From: an uncultured Cytophagia bacterium
GTDB taxonomy: Bacteria; Zhuqueibacterota; Zhuqueibacteria; Residuimicrobiales; Krinioviventaceae
Length of the DNA stretch: 42,011 nt
Direction: 5' to 3'
Assembly: GCA_964414825.1 (NCBI GenBank)
Contig: CAYPZM010000001.1
Location: 1-42,011 of the forward strand
Below the pieces are notes generated by a model. That model saw only the letters and a list, made by a program, of their open reading frames with translations, did not search any database and was not told the origin of the DNA. Shown in pieces: positions 7,765 through 19,732 of this stretch. Within the stretch, counting starts at the first letter, position 1. Each line of letters begins with the position of its first letter. Both the position numbers and the translations under genes were made by a program.

Positions 7765-9198
7765 ATGGCGACAAAAGCATATGTAAAATCCCAAAGTTTT
7801 TACGATACCTATGAACGAAAATCCGGCCTAAAAGACGTGACTCACTATTGCCCGGGATGCGGACACGGTGTGTTGCATAAATTGATCGCCGAAGCGCTCG
7901 ACGATTTTGGTTTGACCGACCGCACCATCTTAATCAGCCCGGTTGGCTGTAGTGTGTTTGCCTATTATTATTTCAAAGTTGGCAACATTCAATGCGCACA
8001 CGGACGCGCACCTGCCGTGGCTACGGGCATCAAACGCGTGCATCCGCATAGCGTGGTCATCAGTTACCAGGGCGACGGCGATTTGGCGGCCATTGGTGGC
8101 AATAATATTTTGCAGGCCGCGAATCGCGGCGAAAATATCACTGTATTTTTTGTCAATAATGCCATTTACGGCATGACCGGCGGGCAAATGGCGCCCACAA
8201 CGCTTATTGGCCAAAAAACTACGACAACGCCTTACGGCCGGCAGCAGCAAAATGAAGGGTATCCCTTGCGGGTTTGTGAACTTATTTCCGCGCTCGAGGC
8301 GCCGGTGTATATCGAACGCGTTGCCATTACCGATGCCAAACATACGACCAAAGTGCGGACAGCCGTTCGCAAGGCGCTCAAAAATCAAGTTGAAAATAAA
8401 GGTTTTTCGCTGGTTGAGGTGCTTTCCGCGTGCCCTTCGGGTTGGAAAATGGATCCGGTGCAAGCCAAAAGCTGGATCGAAGAAACCATGTTCAAGATTT
8501 TTCCGCCTGGCGTCTATAAAGATAAAACCGCCGAAATTGAAGCTGCCGAATCTGTAAAACATGTGTTTTCTACGGAAGACTTGAGCCAGAAATTGAATAT
8601 TCCGAGTGAAGAAACTATTGTGGAAAACATTCCGGATGTGCCGGATAAATATAAAAATCCGCGTATGATTTTGGCTGGATTTGGCGGACAAGGCATTTTG
8701 ATGCTCGGTGTGGCCCTATCCCAGGCTGGCATGCAAGCCGGATACAACGTGTCCTGGATTCCGTCGTACGGACCTGAAATGCGCGGCGGTACGGCCAACT
8801 GCAACGTCAACTTGTCCACCCAACGAGTAGGTTCGCCTCTGGTTTCCAGGCCCACGGTGTTGGTGGCAATGAACTTGCCGTCGCTGGACAAGTTTGAGGC
8901 GCGTCTGGTGCCTGGTGGATTGATCATGTACGACAGTTCCCTCATCAACCGCGAACCTGAACGCACGGATGTGGAAATCATGGCCATTCCGGCAACGGAA
9001 ATGGCGGACAAACTCGGAAACACCCGCGTCGCAAATATGATTATTTTAGGCGCTTATATCCAGTACACCGGTGTACTGGAAAAATCAACGGTGGTGGAGG
9101 CGCTGCCGCATTTTATAAAGCGAAAAAACCTCATTCCGCTGAACGAGCAAGCCATTGAAGCGGGAATGGAGTTTGTGAGAGAGCATTATCCCGGCTAG
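7765..9198 (+). CDS. 2-oxoacid:ferredoxin oxidoreductase beta subunit fused to gamma subunit
   Basis: The N-terminal roughly 250 aa is the TPP-binding beta subunit (YCPGCGHG, GDGD..AIGGNN, NNAIYGMTGGQ). The C-terminal roughly 180 aa is a gamma subunit (ILAGFGGQGILMLG...PSYGPEMRGGTANCNV). There is a single ORF with no internal stop. Confidence 0.85.
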   Translation: MATKAYVKSQSFYDTYERKSGLKDVTHYCPGCGHGVLHKLIAEALDDFGLTDRTILISPVGCSVFAYYYFKVGNIQCAHGRAPAVATGIKRVHPHSVVISYQGDGDLAAIGGNNILQAANRGENITVFFVNNAIYGMTGGQMAPTTLIGQKTTTTPYGRQQQNEGYPLRVCELISALEAPVYIERVAITDAKHTTKVRTAVRKALKNQVENKGFSLVEVLSACPSGWKMDPVQAKSWIEETMFKIFPPGVYKDKTAEIEAAESVKHVFSTEDLSQKLNIPSEETIVENIPDVPDKYKNPRMILAGFGGQGILMLGVALSQAGMQAGYNVSWIPSYGPEMRGGTANCNVNLSTQRVGSPLVSRPTVLVAMNLPSLDKFEARLVPGGLIMYDSSLINREPERTDVEIMAIPATEMADKLGNTRVANMIILGAYIQYTGVLEKSTVVEALPHFIKRKNLIPLNEQAIEAGMEFVREHYPG

Positions 9199-9222
9199 TC
9201 CCGGAATACAGCCATTGACTGC

Positions 9223-9256
9223 AAAAATCCTCGCCTAAACGCGGGGATTTTTTACT
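9223..9256 (+). terminator. Intrinsic terminator after the oxidoreductase operon
   Basis: The stem AAAAATCCTCGC (9223-9234) pairs with GCGGGGATTTTT (9241-9252) with one G-U pair, and runs into a T6 tract. Confidence 0.7.
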
Positions 9257-9280
9257 AGTGCTCTTGGGGTAAAGGTCTCA

Positions 9281-9318
9281 TTTTTTCACTCATTTTTTTC
9301 GATTTTTTTTTGTATATT
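9281..9318 (+). promoter_or_regulatory. Phased T-tracts plus -10-like TGTATATT (candidate promoter for the radical-SAM/rng/rplU/rpmA operon)
   Basis: T6 (9281-9286), T7 (9293-9299) and T9 (9303-9311) start 12 and 10 nt apart. TG-TATATT at 9311-9318 follows directly. No clear -35 was seen. Confidence 0.3.
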
Positions 9319-9333
9319 GAAAATCTTTAGATG

Positions 9334-9448
9334 TAACCCTGTCAAGGCTGTCGAAAAAGCTATAAACCAATTCATGCCTGGAAGGCAGGTATCTATAAAT
9401 CCTTTAAAAATTGACTCCCACCTCCGCGCAAGTGACTTGGAGGGTTTA
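9334..9448 (+). mobile_element. Internally deleted copy of a MITE-like palindromic repeat (same family as 31974-32306)
   Basis: The termini are TAACCCT...AGGGTTTA. CTGTCGAAAAAGC occurs at 9348-9360. The segment 9346-9419 aligns to the reverse complement of about 32227-32300. The segment 9413-9440 (GACTCCCACCTCCGCGCAAGTGACTTGG) aligns to the reverse complement of 32016-32040. Confidence 0.6.
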
Positions 9449-9512
9449 GGAAAAACAATAATACGGATTATCCAAAATAAAAGATTACAAAAACAAAATA
9501 TTCAACCACCTC

Positions 9513-12104
9513 TTGCCGCTGGTTAACAAACCCGGTCAGTATATTGGTAATGAAATAAATATGATTCGGAAAGACCCGAGTGCCGTGGAAGTGCGGTTTG
9601 CTCTGGTGTTTCCGGACGTTTATGAGGTCGGGATGTCCTACATGGGTTTTCCGATTCTGTATCATATTTTAAATCAAACATCGTGGATGTATGCGGAACG
9701 CGCCTTTTCTCCTTGGACCGATATGGAGCAGTTGATGCGCGAACACCAGGTTCCGCTGGTATCTTTGGAAACATTTACACCGCTGAACCAATTCGACATC
9801 ATCGGTTTTACGTTTCAATATGAACTGCACTATACCACGATGTTAAATCTCATTGATCTGGCCGGACTACCGATCCGGTCGAAGCAGCGACAAGGGTTTC
9901 CGCTGGTTATTGGTGGCGGGCCGTCGGCATTCAATCCGGAGCCGGTTGCTGACTTTTTTGACGCCATCATTTTGGGTGATGGCGAAGAAGCAGCGCTGGA
10001 ACTGGCTCAAGCGGTGCGAGAGGCAAAAGCCGCTGAAAAATCTCGCGAAAAGCTGTTGTTGCAGCTTGCGGAAATCCCCGGAATTTACGTGCCGCAGTTG
10101 TACGAGGATCGTTATGATTCAAACGGGCGATTCCTCGAACTTTTGCCCAAAAACGAGCGAATTCCCAAACGCGTGCGCACACGGACCATCTCGGAGCTAA
10201 AACCGGAGCACTATCCGGACAAGCCGCTGGTTCCGATGATCCAAACCACGCACGACCGTATTTCGTTGGAAATTGCCCGTGGCTGCTCGCGCGGTTGTCG
10301 GTTTTGTAACGCCGGAATGATTTATCGCCCGGTGCGGCAACGTTCGCCGCAAGAGCTGGTGACCCAGGCCAAACAAAACATTGCCGCTACCGGCTATCAG
10401 GAAATTTCATTGGTGTCATTGTCCACGTCCGATTACACGCAGTTGCGCGAGCTGATGCAAGCGCTGCGCACGGAATTTTTTCGAGATAATGTGAATATCT
10501 CCTTTCCTTCACTTCGACCGGAAAGTTTTACGCCGCAGGTGGCGCAGTTTGCCAAAGGCGTGCGCAAATCCGGTTTAACGCTTGCGCCGGAAGCCGGCAC
10601 GCAGCGCTTGCGTGACGTCATCAACAAAGCCACGACCGCGCAAGAACTGTTGCGCGCTGTGGATTTAGCGTTCCGCGAGGGATGGAACGTGGTCAAGCTT
10701 TATTTTATGATCGGCCATCCATCGGAAACGGATGAAGATTTGATGGGGTTGGTTGACCTCATTTCTCAAGTGCGTCAGGTTGCTGCTCAATATCGTGGCA
10801 AGCGCATCAATGTATCAGTCTCGCCGTTTATCCCCAAGCCTGTCACTCCGTTTCAATGGGTTCAACAGGATACGATGGAGGAGACGCGCCGTAAACTAAA
10901 CGTGTTGTCACATTATATCCGCTGGCGAAATGTCAAATTAAGCTGGCGCGAGCCCGATGTGGCCTATGTTGAGGGTTTACTGGCGCGCGGTGACCGCCGT
11001 GTGGGCAACGTTCTCGAACGTGTCTGGCGCAATGGGGCAACTTTGGAGGGCTGGTCGGAATGTTTTCTGTTCTCACGTTATGAACAGGCCATGCAACAGG
11101 AAGGACAGACCTTTGAGCAGTTTGTCTCCGGCTATGCACTTGAGCAGCCGTTGCCGTGGCAGCACATCGACAAGGGTGTGACGAAAAAGTTTTTGCGCGA
11201 TGAATACGCCCGCGCATTGGGAGAAGAACAGATGCCGGATTGCCGTTTCTCCGAATGCCACTCGTGTGGCTTGATGGGCGAGCATGTTTGCAAAACGCTT
11301 ATAAACTCGCAAAGCAAGGGAAAAGCTCCGGAAACGCCAATAGAGCTTGCCACCGAAGAGTGGCAGCGTTCCGAAGAAGCGGAGCCTGAGGCGCGTGGGG
11401 AAAAACAGTATGCGCGCATCCGTTACTCTCGCGGCGTGGCCGTGCGCTTTTTGTCGCATCTGGACATTTTGCGATTGTTTGAACGTGCCCTGCGGCGGGC
11501 GCATATCCCAATGGTGTTTACCGAGGGATTTAATCCGCATCCCAAAATGTCGTTTGGTCCGTCTCTCGCCACCGGGCTTACGAGCGATGCGGAGTATGTG
11601 GATATTCAATACTATGCGTCCGGGGAAATGAACATCAAGGCGCAACTGGCGCCACAGCTTCCGGAAGGTATTGAAATCCTGGAGGTGATCGAAATGTCGC
11701 AAAAAGGCAAATCGATTTCAGCTCAAATCAATCACATGGATTATGAATTTTATTTGAATGGCGAGACCAAAACGTTAGAACTAACAGATCGCGTTCAAGC
11801 GATTCTGTCACAACAAGAATTGATCGTTGAGAGAAAGAAGAAAAACAATCCCAAACTTGTGGATATCCGTCCCTTTATCGACACATTAAAAGTTTGCGAT
11901 ACGGGACTTTTCCTTCGTACCACAGTCAAAGACGGCAAATCCGTCAGACACGATGAAATTCTTTCTCTCCTGTTTTCGGACGAAACGCGCCAAAAGACGA
12001 CGCGTGTTCATCGCAAAGCCGTTTGGGTGCAAGTGGGCTCGGCACTCGGAAGCCCGATGGATCTTTCTGACCGCAAACAGCCAGGAGTGAATATGAATTT
12101 TTAA
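9513..12104 (+). CDS. B12-binding-domain radical SAM protein fused to DUF2344 (TIGR03960 + TIGR03936-like)
   Basis: The N-terminus reads LVNKPGQYIGNEIN and the radical SAM cluster motif is CSRGCRFCNAG. The C-terminal roughly 230 aa reads RIRYSRGVAVRFLSHLDILRLFERALRRAHIPMVFTEGFNPHPKMSFGP, which is typical of DUF2344. The start is TTG at 9513, the first start codon in the frame. Confidence 0.8.
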   Translation: MPLVNKPGQYIGNEINMIRKDPSAVEVRFALVFPDVYEVGMSYMGFPILYHILNQTSWMYAERAFSPWTDMEQLMREHQVPLVSLETFTPLNQFDIIGFTFQYELHYTTMLNLIDLAGLPIRSKQRQGFPLVIGGGPSAFNPEPVADFFDAIILGDGEEAALELAQAVREAKAAEKSREKLLLQLAEIPGIYVPQLYEDRYDSNGRFLELLPKNERIPKRVRTRTISELKPEHYPDKPLVPMIQTTHDRISLEIARGCSRGCRFCNAGMIYRPVRQRSPQELVTQAKQNIAATGYQEISLVSLSTSDYTQLRELMQALRTEFFRDNVNISFPSLRPESFTPQVAQFAKGVRKSGLTLAPEAGTQRLRDVINKATTAQELLRAVDLAFREGWNVVKLYFMIGHPSETDEDLMGLVDLISQVRQVAAQYRGKRINVSVSPFIPKPVTPFQWVQQDTMEETRRKLNVLSHYIRWRNVKLSWREPDVAYVEGLLARGDRRVGNVLERVWRNGATLEGWSECFLFSRYEQAMQQEGQTFEQFVSGYALEQPLPWQHIDKGVTKKFLRDEYARALGEEQMPDCRFSECHSCGLMGEHVCKTLINSQSKGKAPETPIELATEEWQRSEEAEPEARGEKQYARIRYSRGVAVRFLSHLDILRLFERALRRAHIPMVFTEGFNPHPKMSFGPSLATGLTSDAEYVDIQYYASGEMNIKAQLAPQLPEGIEILEVIEMSQKGKSISAQINHMDYEFYLNGETKTLELTDRVQAILSQQELIVERKKKNNPKLVDIRPFIDTLKVCDTGLFLRTTVKDGKSVRHDEILSLLFSDETRQKTTRVHRKAVWVQVGSALGSPMDLSDRKQPGVNMNF

Positions 12105-12112
12105 GAGGAGAA

Positions 12113-13642
12113 ATGGAAAAAAGTATCGTTATCAACGTGTCTCTGGGTGAGACACGAATAGCAATTTTAGAAGATAGAGCTCTGGTGGAGTTGTATTACG
12201 AACTTCCCGAACAAGAGCGAATGGTGGGGGATATTTATTACGGCAAAGTTGCCAAAGTGGTCAAGGGACTGCAAGCCGCGTTTATTGATATTGGCAAAAA
12301 GCAGGATGCGTTCTTGCATTTTTCGGATTTGGATGACCGCTTGATCGGTTTTGATCCGCACGCCAAAAACGGTGAGCAATTTCCAAAATATCGCCGTGGC
12401 CGTTGGGGTCACGACGAGGTGCCCATCAAGCGCGGGGATGATATTTTGGTGCAAATCACCAAAGAACCCATGGCGCAAAAGGGTGCTCGCATCACTTCCT
12501 CTATTTCTATAGCAGGACGGTTTTTGGTGCTCATCCCTAATGACAGAATGGTTGGCGTGTCACGCAAATTGCATAACCGTAAAGAAAAATATCGGTTGAA
12601 AAAAATTGGCCGAGCAATTTGTCCCGAAGGATTTGGACTGGTAATCCGTACCGTTGCCGAAGGGCGCGATGAAGAATCGCTAAAAGCGGATTTGGATTAT
12701 TTGCTGAAAAAATGGGACCTATTGGTCAAGACCATGAAAACCGTCAAACCGCCGCATTTGGTGCACAAAGAATCGGGCATGTTATCGACCGTAATTCGCG
12801 ATTTGTTCACGTCCGATATTAGCAAGCTTGTGGTGGACAGTCGCAAATTGCATCGGGAAATTGTAAAATACTTGCGCGAGGTATCACCGCAACTGGTGGA
12901 CCGGGTCATTCTGCATCAGAAAAAAGTCCCAGTGTTTGACGAGTTTAGCATCGAAGCGCAAATTACCAAAAGCTTGGCGCGCAAAGTGTGGCTCAAACGC
13001 GGCGGGTATATCTTTATTGATCATACCGAAGCGTTGACCGCTATTGATGTTAATAGCGGACGATTTAGCGGCAAAGCCAGTCACGACATCAACAGCCTAA
13101 AGATAAACTTGGACGCCGGCAAAGAGATTGCCCGCCAATTGCGACTGCGCGATATCGGTGGCATTATCATCATCGATTTTATCGATATGGTGGATGCGAG
13201 AAACCGCCAACGTTTGGTAGAAGATTTCAAACGCGAGTTGCGCAAGGATCGGTCCCAAGTCAACATTACGCCGCTGTCCGAGTTCGGCATCATTGAAATG
13301 ACCCGGGAACGCGTGCGCCCGGCGTTGTTGTATTCGATAAGCGAGCCGTGCACAGCGTGTATGGGGACAGGACGGATTATTTCCAAATCCACTATTGCTG
13401 CACGAATCGAGCGCTGGATTAAACGCTATCGCAGCGAAAGCGGTGAGCGCAGTTTGCAGCTTGTGGTGCACCCCGAGCTGGCGAAATATTTGGCGCACGG
13501 GTACCGCAGTTTGATTCGCCGCTTTAGCTGGAATTACTGGACGCGAATCAAATTGATTTCTGATGAGAACGTCAGTATGGATGAATTTCGCTTTTTCGAC
13601 AAAATGGGCGAAGAAGATATCACTGATAAATATATTTCTTGA
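12113..13642 (+). CDS. rng: Rne/Rng family ribonuclease (RNase G-like)
   Basis: The S1 domain reads GDIYYGKVAKVVKGLQAAFIDIG. The catalytic core reads GGYIFIDHTEALTAIDVNSG and GGIIIIDFIDM. A CTAC..G Zn-link-like motif is present. The 509-aa length fits RNase G, and a GAGGAG SD lies upstream. Confidence 0.9.
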   Translation: MEKSIVINVSLGETRIAILEDRALVELYYELPEQERMVGDIYYGKVAKVVKGLQAAFIDIGKKQDAFLHFSDLDDRLIGFDPHAKNGEQFPKYRRGRWGHDEVPIKRGDDILVQITKEPMAQKGARITSSISIAGRFLVLIPNDRMVGVSRKLHNRKEKYRLKKIGRAICPEGFGLVIRTVAEGRDEESLKADLDYLLKKWDLLVKTMKTVKPPHLVHKESGMLSTVIRDLFTSDISKLVVDSRKLHREIVKYLREVSPQLVDRVILHQKKVPVFDEFSIEAQITKSLARKVWLKRGGYIFIDHTEALTAIDVNSGRFSGKASHDINSLKINLDAGKEIARQLRLRDIGGIIIIDFIDMVDARNRQRLVEDFKRELRKDRSQVNITPLSEFGIIEMTRERVRPALLYSISEPCTACMGTGRIISKSTIAARIERWIKRYRSESGERSLQLVVHPELAKYLAHGYRSLIRRFSWNYWTRIKLISDENVSMDEFRFFDKMGEEDITDKYIS

Positions 13643-13708
13643 CTTTGAGTGATTTTTTCTTTAGCTTTACAAGCTTTGTAGAAAAACGAACCAGCGTGGA
13701 GAAATTTC

Positions 13709-14020
13709 ATGTACGCCATAGTGGATATAGCGGGTCAACAATTTAAAGTTACAAAAGATCAGCATGTTACGGCATTTCGCATTAAAGGCGATGCCGGCAC
13801 CGAAGTTGAATTTGATAAAATATTGCTCTTGTCAGGCGATGATGGTGTTAAGGTTGGCGCTCCGTATGTTGAGGGAGCTAAAGTGATGGCCTCTATTGTC
13901 GAGCACAAAAAAGACGATACGGTTATTGTGTTCAAGAAAAAACGGCGCAAGGGATACAAAGTGCGCAATGGACATCGCCAGCCGTTGACTACGCTGCAAA
14001 TTAAGGATATTGTCGCCTGA
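13709..14020 (+). CDS. rplU: 50S ribosomal protein L21
   Basis: The N-terminus is MYAIVDIAGQQFKV and KKKRRKGYKVRNGHRQ follows. The length of 103 aa fits. Confidence 0.95.
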   Translation: MYAIVDIAGQQFKVTKDQHVTAFRIKGDAGTEVEFDKILLLSGDDGVKVGAPYVEGAKVMASIVEHKKDDTVIVFKKKRRKGYKVRNGHRQPLTTLQIKDIVA

Positions 14021-14047
14021 ACGCTTGAATGATCAAGGAGATATCTC

Positions 14048-14299
14048 ATGGCTCATAAAAAAGGTGTTGGAAGTAGTCGCAATGGACGCGACAGCAATCC
14101 CAAAATGTTGGGTGTAAAACGATACGGTGGCGAGCGCGTAACCGCCGGCTGTATTATCGTTCGCCAACGTGGCACCCGTATTCGTCCCGGCACTAATGTC
14201 GGCATCGGTAGCGATGACACATTGTTTGCCAAAGTGGATGGTACAGTGCAATTTGAAACGCGCGGCAAAACCAAAAAATTTGTAAGTATTCTTGCCTAA
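14048..14299 (+). CDS. rpmA: 50S ribosomal protein L27
   Basis: The sequence reads [29 protein letters not shown]...IIVRQRGT...PG.NVG.G.DDTLFA. An AAGGAG SD lies upstream. Confidence 0.95.
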   Translation: MAHKKGVGSSRNGRDSNPKMLGVKRYGGERVTAGCIIVRQRGTRIRPGTNVGIGSDDTLFAKVDGTVQFETRGKTKKFVSILA

Positions 14300-14302
14300 G
14301 TC

Positions 14303-14337
14303 AAAAGCGCTGTAATACTGTTGCAGCGCTTTTTTCT
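14303..14337 (+). terminator. Intrinsic terminator after rpmA
   Basis: The stem AGCGCTGTAA (14306-14315) pairs with TTGCAGCGCT (14321-14330) around a 5-nt loop and is followed by T6. Confidence 0.8.
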
Positions 14338-14457
14338 TTCCCCCCCGACAGATTCTTACCTAAATATCCAAATCCAATATTATTAAAGTATTACAAATAC
14401 GTCTTTGACTTACAAAAATGTTCCTACAAAAATTATGCCAGGTAATTTACTTTTAAC

Positions 14458-14486
14458 TTGACTCTGATTGGCTATTATTTTATATT
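14458..14486 (+). promoter_or_regulatory. Sigma-70-type promoter for the gatC-kds-lpt cluster
   Basis: TTGACT (14458-14463), a 17-nt spacer and TATATT (14481-14486) lie about 35 nt upstream of gatC. Confidence 0.55.
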
Positions 14487-14521
14487 GGCATTCGAAAATG
14501 TTTTAAAAAATGGAGTCTCGG

Positions 14522-14808
14522 ATGTCGGTTACCCTGGAACAGGTGGATACCATTGCGCGTTTGGCTAAACTTGAATTTTCTGAACAGGAAAAAGAAACAT
14601 TCGTGCAGCAGTTCAACCAAATTCTCGAATACATGGAAAAACTCAACGAGTTGAATACCGATGATGTTGAGCCGACTTATAATGTGTTGGACTTGTCCAA
14701 TGTGATGCGCCCTGATAAAGTAAAGCCCTGGCTCACCCAGGAAGAAGCGCTGGCCAACGCGCCTAAATCCAAACACGGATTTTTTAGCGTGCCCAAGGTG
14801 ATCGGTTG

Positions 14809-14809
<1 letters not shown>
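14522..14809 (+). CDS. gatC: Asp/Glu-tRNA(Asn/Gln) amidotransferase subunit C
   Basis: The sequence reads MSVTLEQVDTIARLAKLEFSEQEKE...LNELNTDDVEPT...MRPD. ATG 14522 has a GGAG SD 6 nt upstream. The track ORF starts at 14510. Confidence 0.85.
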
Positions 14810-18050
<3,241 letters not shown>

Positions 18051-18051
18051 T

Positions 18052-19062
18052 ATGATTGAAGCCAGTGTTAAAAAAATATCGTTTGCTCCGATAAAAGAAA
18101 AAGACATTCTGGAATGCGGACGAAACGTGTTGCGCATTGAAAGCCAGGCCGTAGCGCGTTTGGTCGACAGCATTGATGGCAATTTTGAAGATGCCGTCCG
18201 CACCATGTTGTCATGCGACGGCCGTGTTATCGTCACCGGAATCGGCAAATCCGGATTGATCGGCAAAAAGATCGCCGCCACGTTGAGCAGTACGGGCACT
18301 CCAGCGTTTTTCCTGCATCCGGCGGATGCGGTGCACGGCGATGTCGGTATGGTCACACCGCACGATGTGGTTCTCTGTCTGTCAAAAAGCGGCAATACCG
18401 GCGAGATCAGCACTTTGATTTCAATTCTGAAAAAGATTGGTGTGCCGATCATCACCATGACCGGCAATTTGCGCTCAGCATTGGCCGAACGTAGCGATAT
18501 TGTCTTGAATGTGGATGTGCCCGTCGAAGCGTGTCCCAATGATCTGGCGCCAACCGCCAGCACCACGGCCATGCTGGCTATGGGCGATGCCCTGGCCGTT
18601 GCTCTGCTGGAACAGCGCGATTTTAAACGCGAGGACTTTGCCTTTTTGCATCCTGCCGGCTCGCTGGGCAAAAAGCTGCAAAAAATTGACGACATTATGT
18701 TTATGGGCGCGGATATACCCATGGTTGCGGAGTGTGCCAATCTGTCCGAGGTGATTTCCGAAATTACTCGGAAACGCTTTGGCGGTACATGTGTTATAAC
18801 AAGTGATGGCACCTTGGCCGGAATCATTACCGATGGCGATTTACGACGCTTGCTGCAAACCTCTCAAGATATTTCCTCGGTGTATGCTGCCCAAATCATG
18901 AACACAACGCCCAAACTGGTTAAAGCAGGTTCGCTGGCCACCCAAGCGTTTAAGGTGATGGAACAGCACAATATTTTACAACTGGTTGTTGTGAACGAGT
19001 TTCACGTTCCGGTTGGAATGATTCATTTGCATGATTTATTAGAAGCAGGAATTTCAGTTTGA
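18052..19062 (+). CDS. kdsD: Arabinose-5-phosphate isomerase (KdsD/KpsF; SIS + 2 CBS domains)
   Basis: The SIS motif is VTGIGKSGLIGKKIAATLSSTG, followed by a C-terminal CBS pair. ATG 18052 lies 1 nt after the kdsA stop. The upstream 65 codons of track ORF 17857..19062 overlap kdsA and are not coding. Confidence 0.9.
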   Translation: MIEASVKKISFAPIKEKDILECGRNVLRIESQAVARLVDSIDGNFEDAVRTMLSCDGRVIVTGIGKSGLIGKKIAATLSSTGTPAFFLHPADAVHGDVGMVTPHDVVLCLSKSGNTGEISTLISILKKIGVPIITMTGNLRSALAERSDIVLNVDVPVEACPNDLAPTASTTAMLAMGDALAVALLEQRDFKREDFAFLHPAGSLGKKLQKIDDIMFMGADIPMVAECANLSEVISEITRKRFGGTCVITSDGTLAGIITDGDLRRLLQTSQDISSVYAAQIMNTTPKLVKAGSLATQAFKVMEQHNILQLVVVNEFHVPVGMIHLHDLLEAGISV

Positions 19063-19063
19063 T

Positions 19064-19729
19064 ATGATAGTACGCACTGGTTTACATATACTTTTTTTAT
19101 TCATTTTGTTTGTCGGCTGCAGTCAACAAGATCCAACGCAAACCCAGCCGCCTTCGAATACCGAAGTGCCTACGCAAGAGTTGTGGGATGCGCAAATTCG
19201 TAGCACCGACAAGGGCAAACTCAAAGCGGTGATCAATTTTGGTCACATGGAGCGCTATTCCAACAAATCGCTGATTTTGTTCGATCAAGGCATTGATATC
19301 GACTTTTACAACGAGGCTGGTGAAAAAAGCTCCAAGCTAACAGCCGATGGCGGTGAAATGGACGAAAATACCGAAGATGTCAAAGCTTACGGTAACGTCG
19401 TGGTGGTCTCGGATAGCGGGTTCACGCTGCATACCGACGAGCTGTATTATTATAAAAAGCCCGATAAAATCGTCTCCAACGTCAAAGTCAAAGTGACGAC
19501 CACTGAAGGCGACACTCTGCACGGCGTTGGCTTTGAGTCGGATTCGCAAATGGATTATTGGGAAATCCGCGAGCCGCACGATGGTGTGGCGCACAAGGGC
19601 GTTGATTTGTCCCTGGACCGTTTTGAGAAAACCGATGCGAAAGACAGCGTGGCCACAGACTCGACGATTGCTGTAGATTCGACAGCCACAGATTCAACGG
19701 TTTCTGCGGACAGCACTGCTGTAAAATAG
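19064..19729 (+). CDS. lptC: LptC-like LPS export protein, predicted lipoprotein
   Basis: Its position between kdsD and lptA matches the canonical order. A lipobox-like LFILFVGCSQQ is present. An LptC-type beta-jellyroll pattern is seen (GKLKAV...ILFDQGIDIDFYNEAGE..SKLTADGGEMDE...VKAYGNVVV). The C-terminal tail is DST-rich and repetitive. Confidence 0.7.
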   Translation: MIVRTGLHILFLFILFVGCSQQDPTQTQPPSNTEVPTQELWDAQIRSTDKGKLKAVINFGHMERYSNKSLILFDQGIDIDFYNEAGEKSSKLTADGGEMDENTEDVKAYGNVVVVSDSGFTLHTDELYYYKKPDKIVSNVKVKVTTTEGDTLHGVGFESDSQMDYWEIREPHDGVAHKGVDLSLDRFEKTDAKDSVATDSTIAVDSTATDSTVSADSTAVK

Positions 19730-19732
19730 CTC

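Noticed and set aside
9317-9526. A 69-aa ORF spanning the repeat copy upstream of the radical SAM gene.
   Set aside because: It coincides with the MITE-like element and has no SD. The related copy at 32 kb does not preserve any reading frame.
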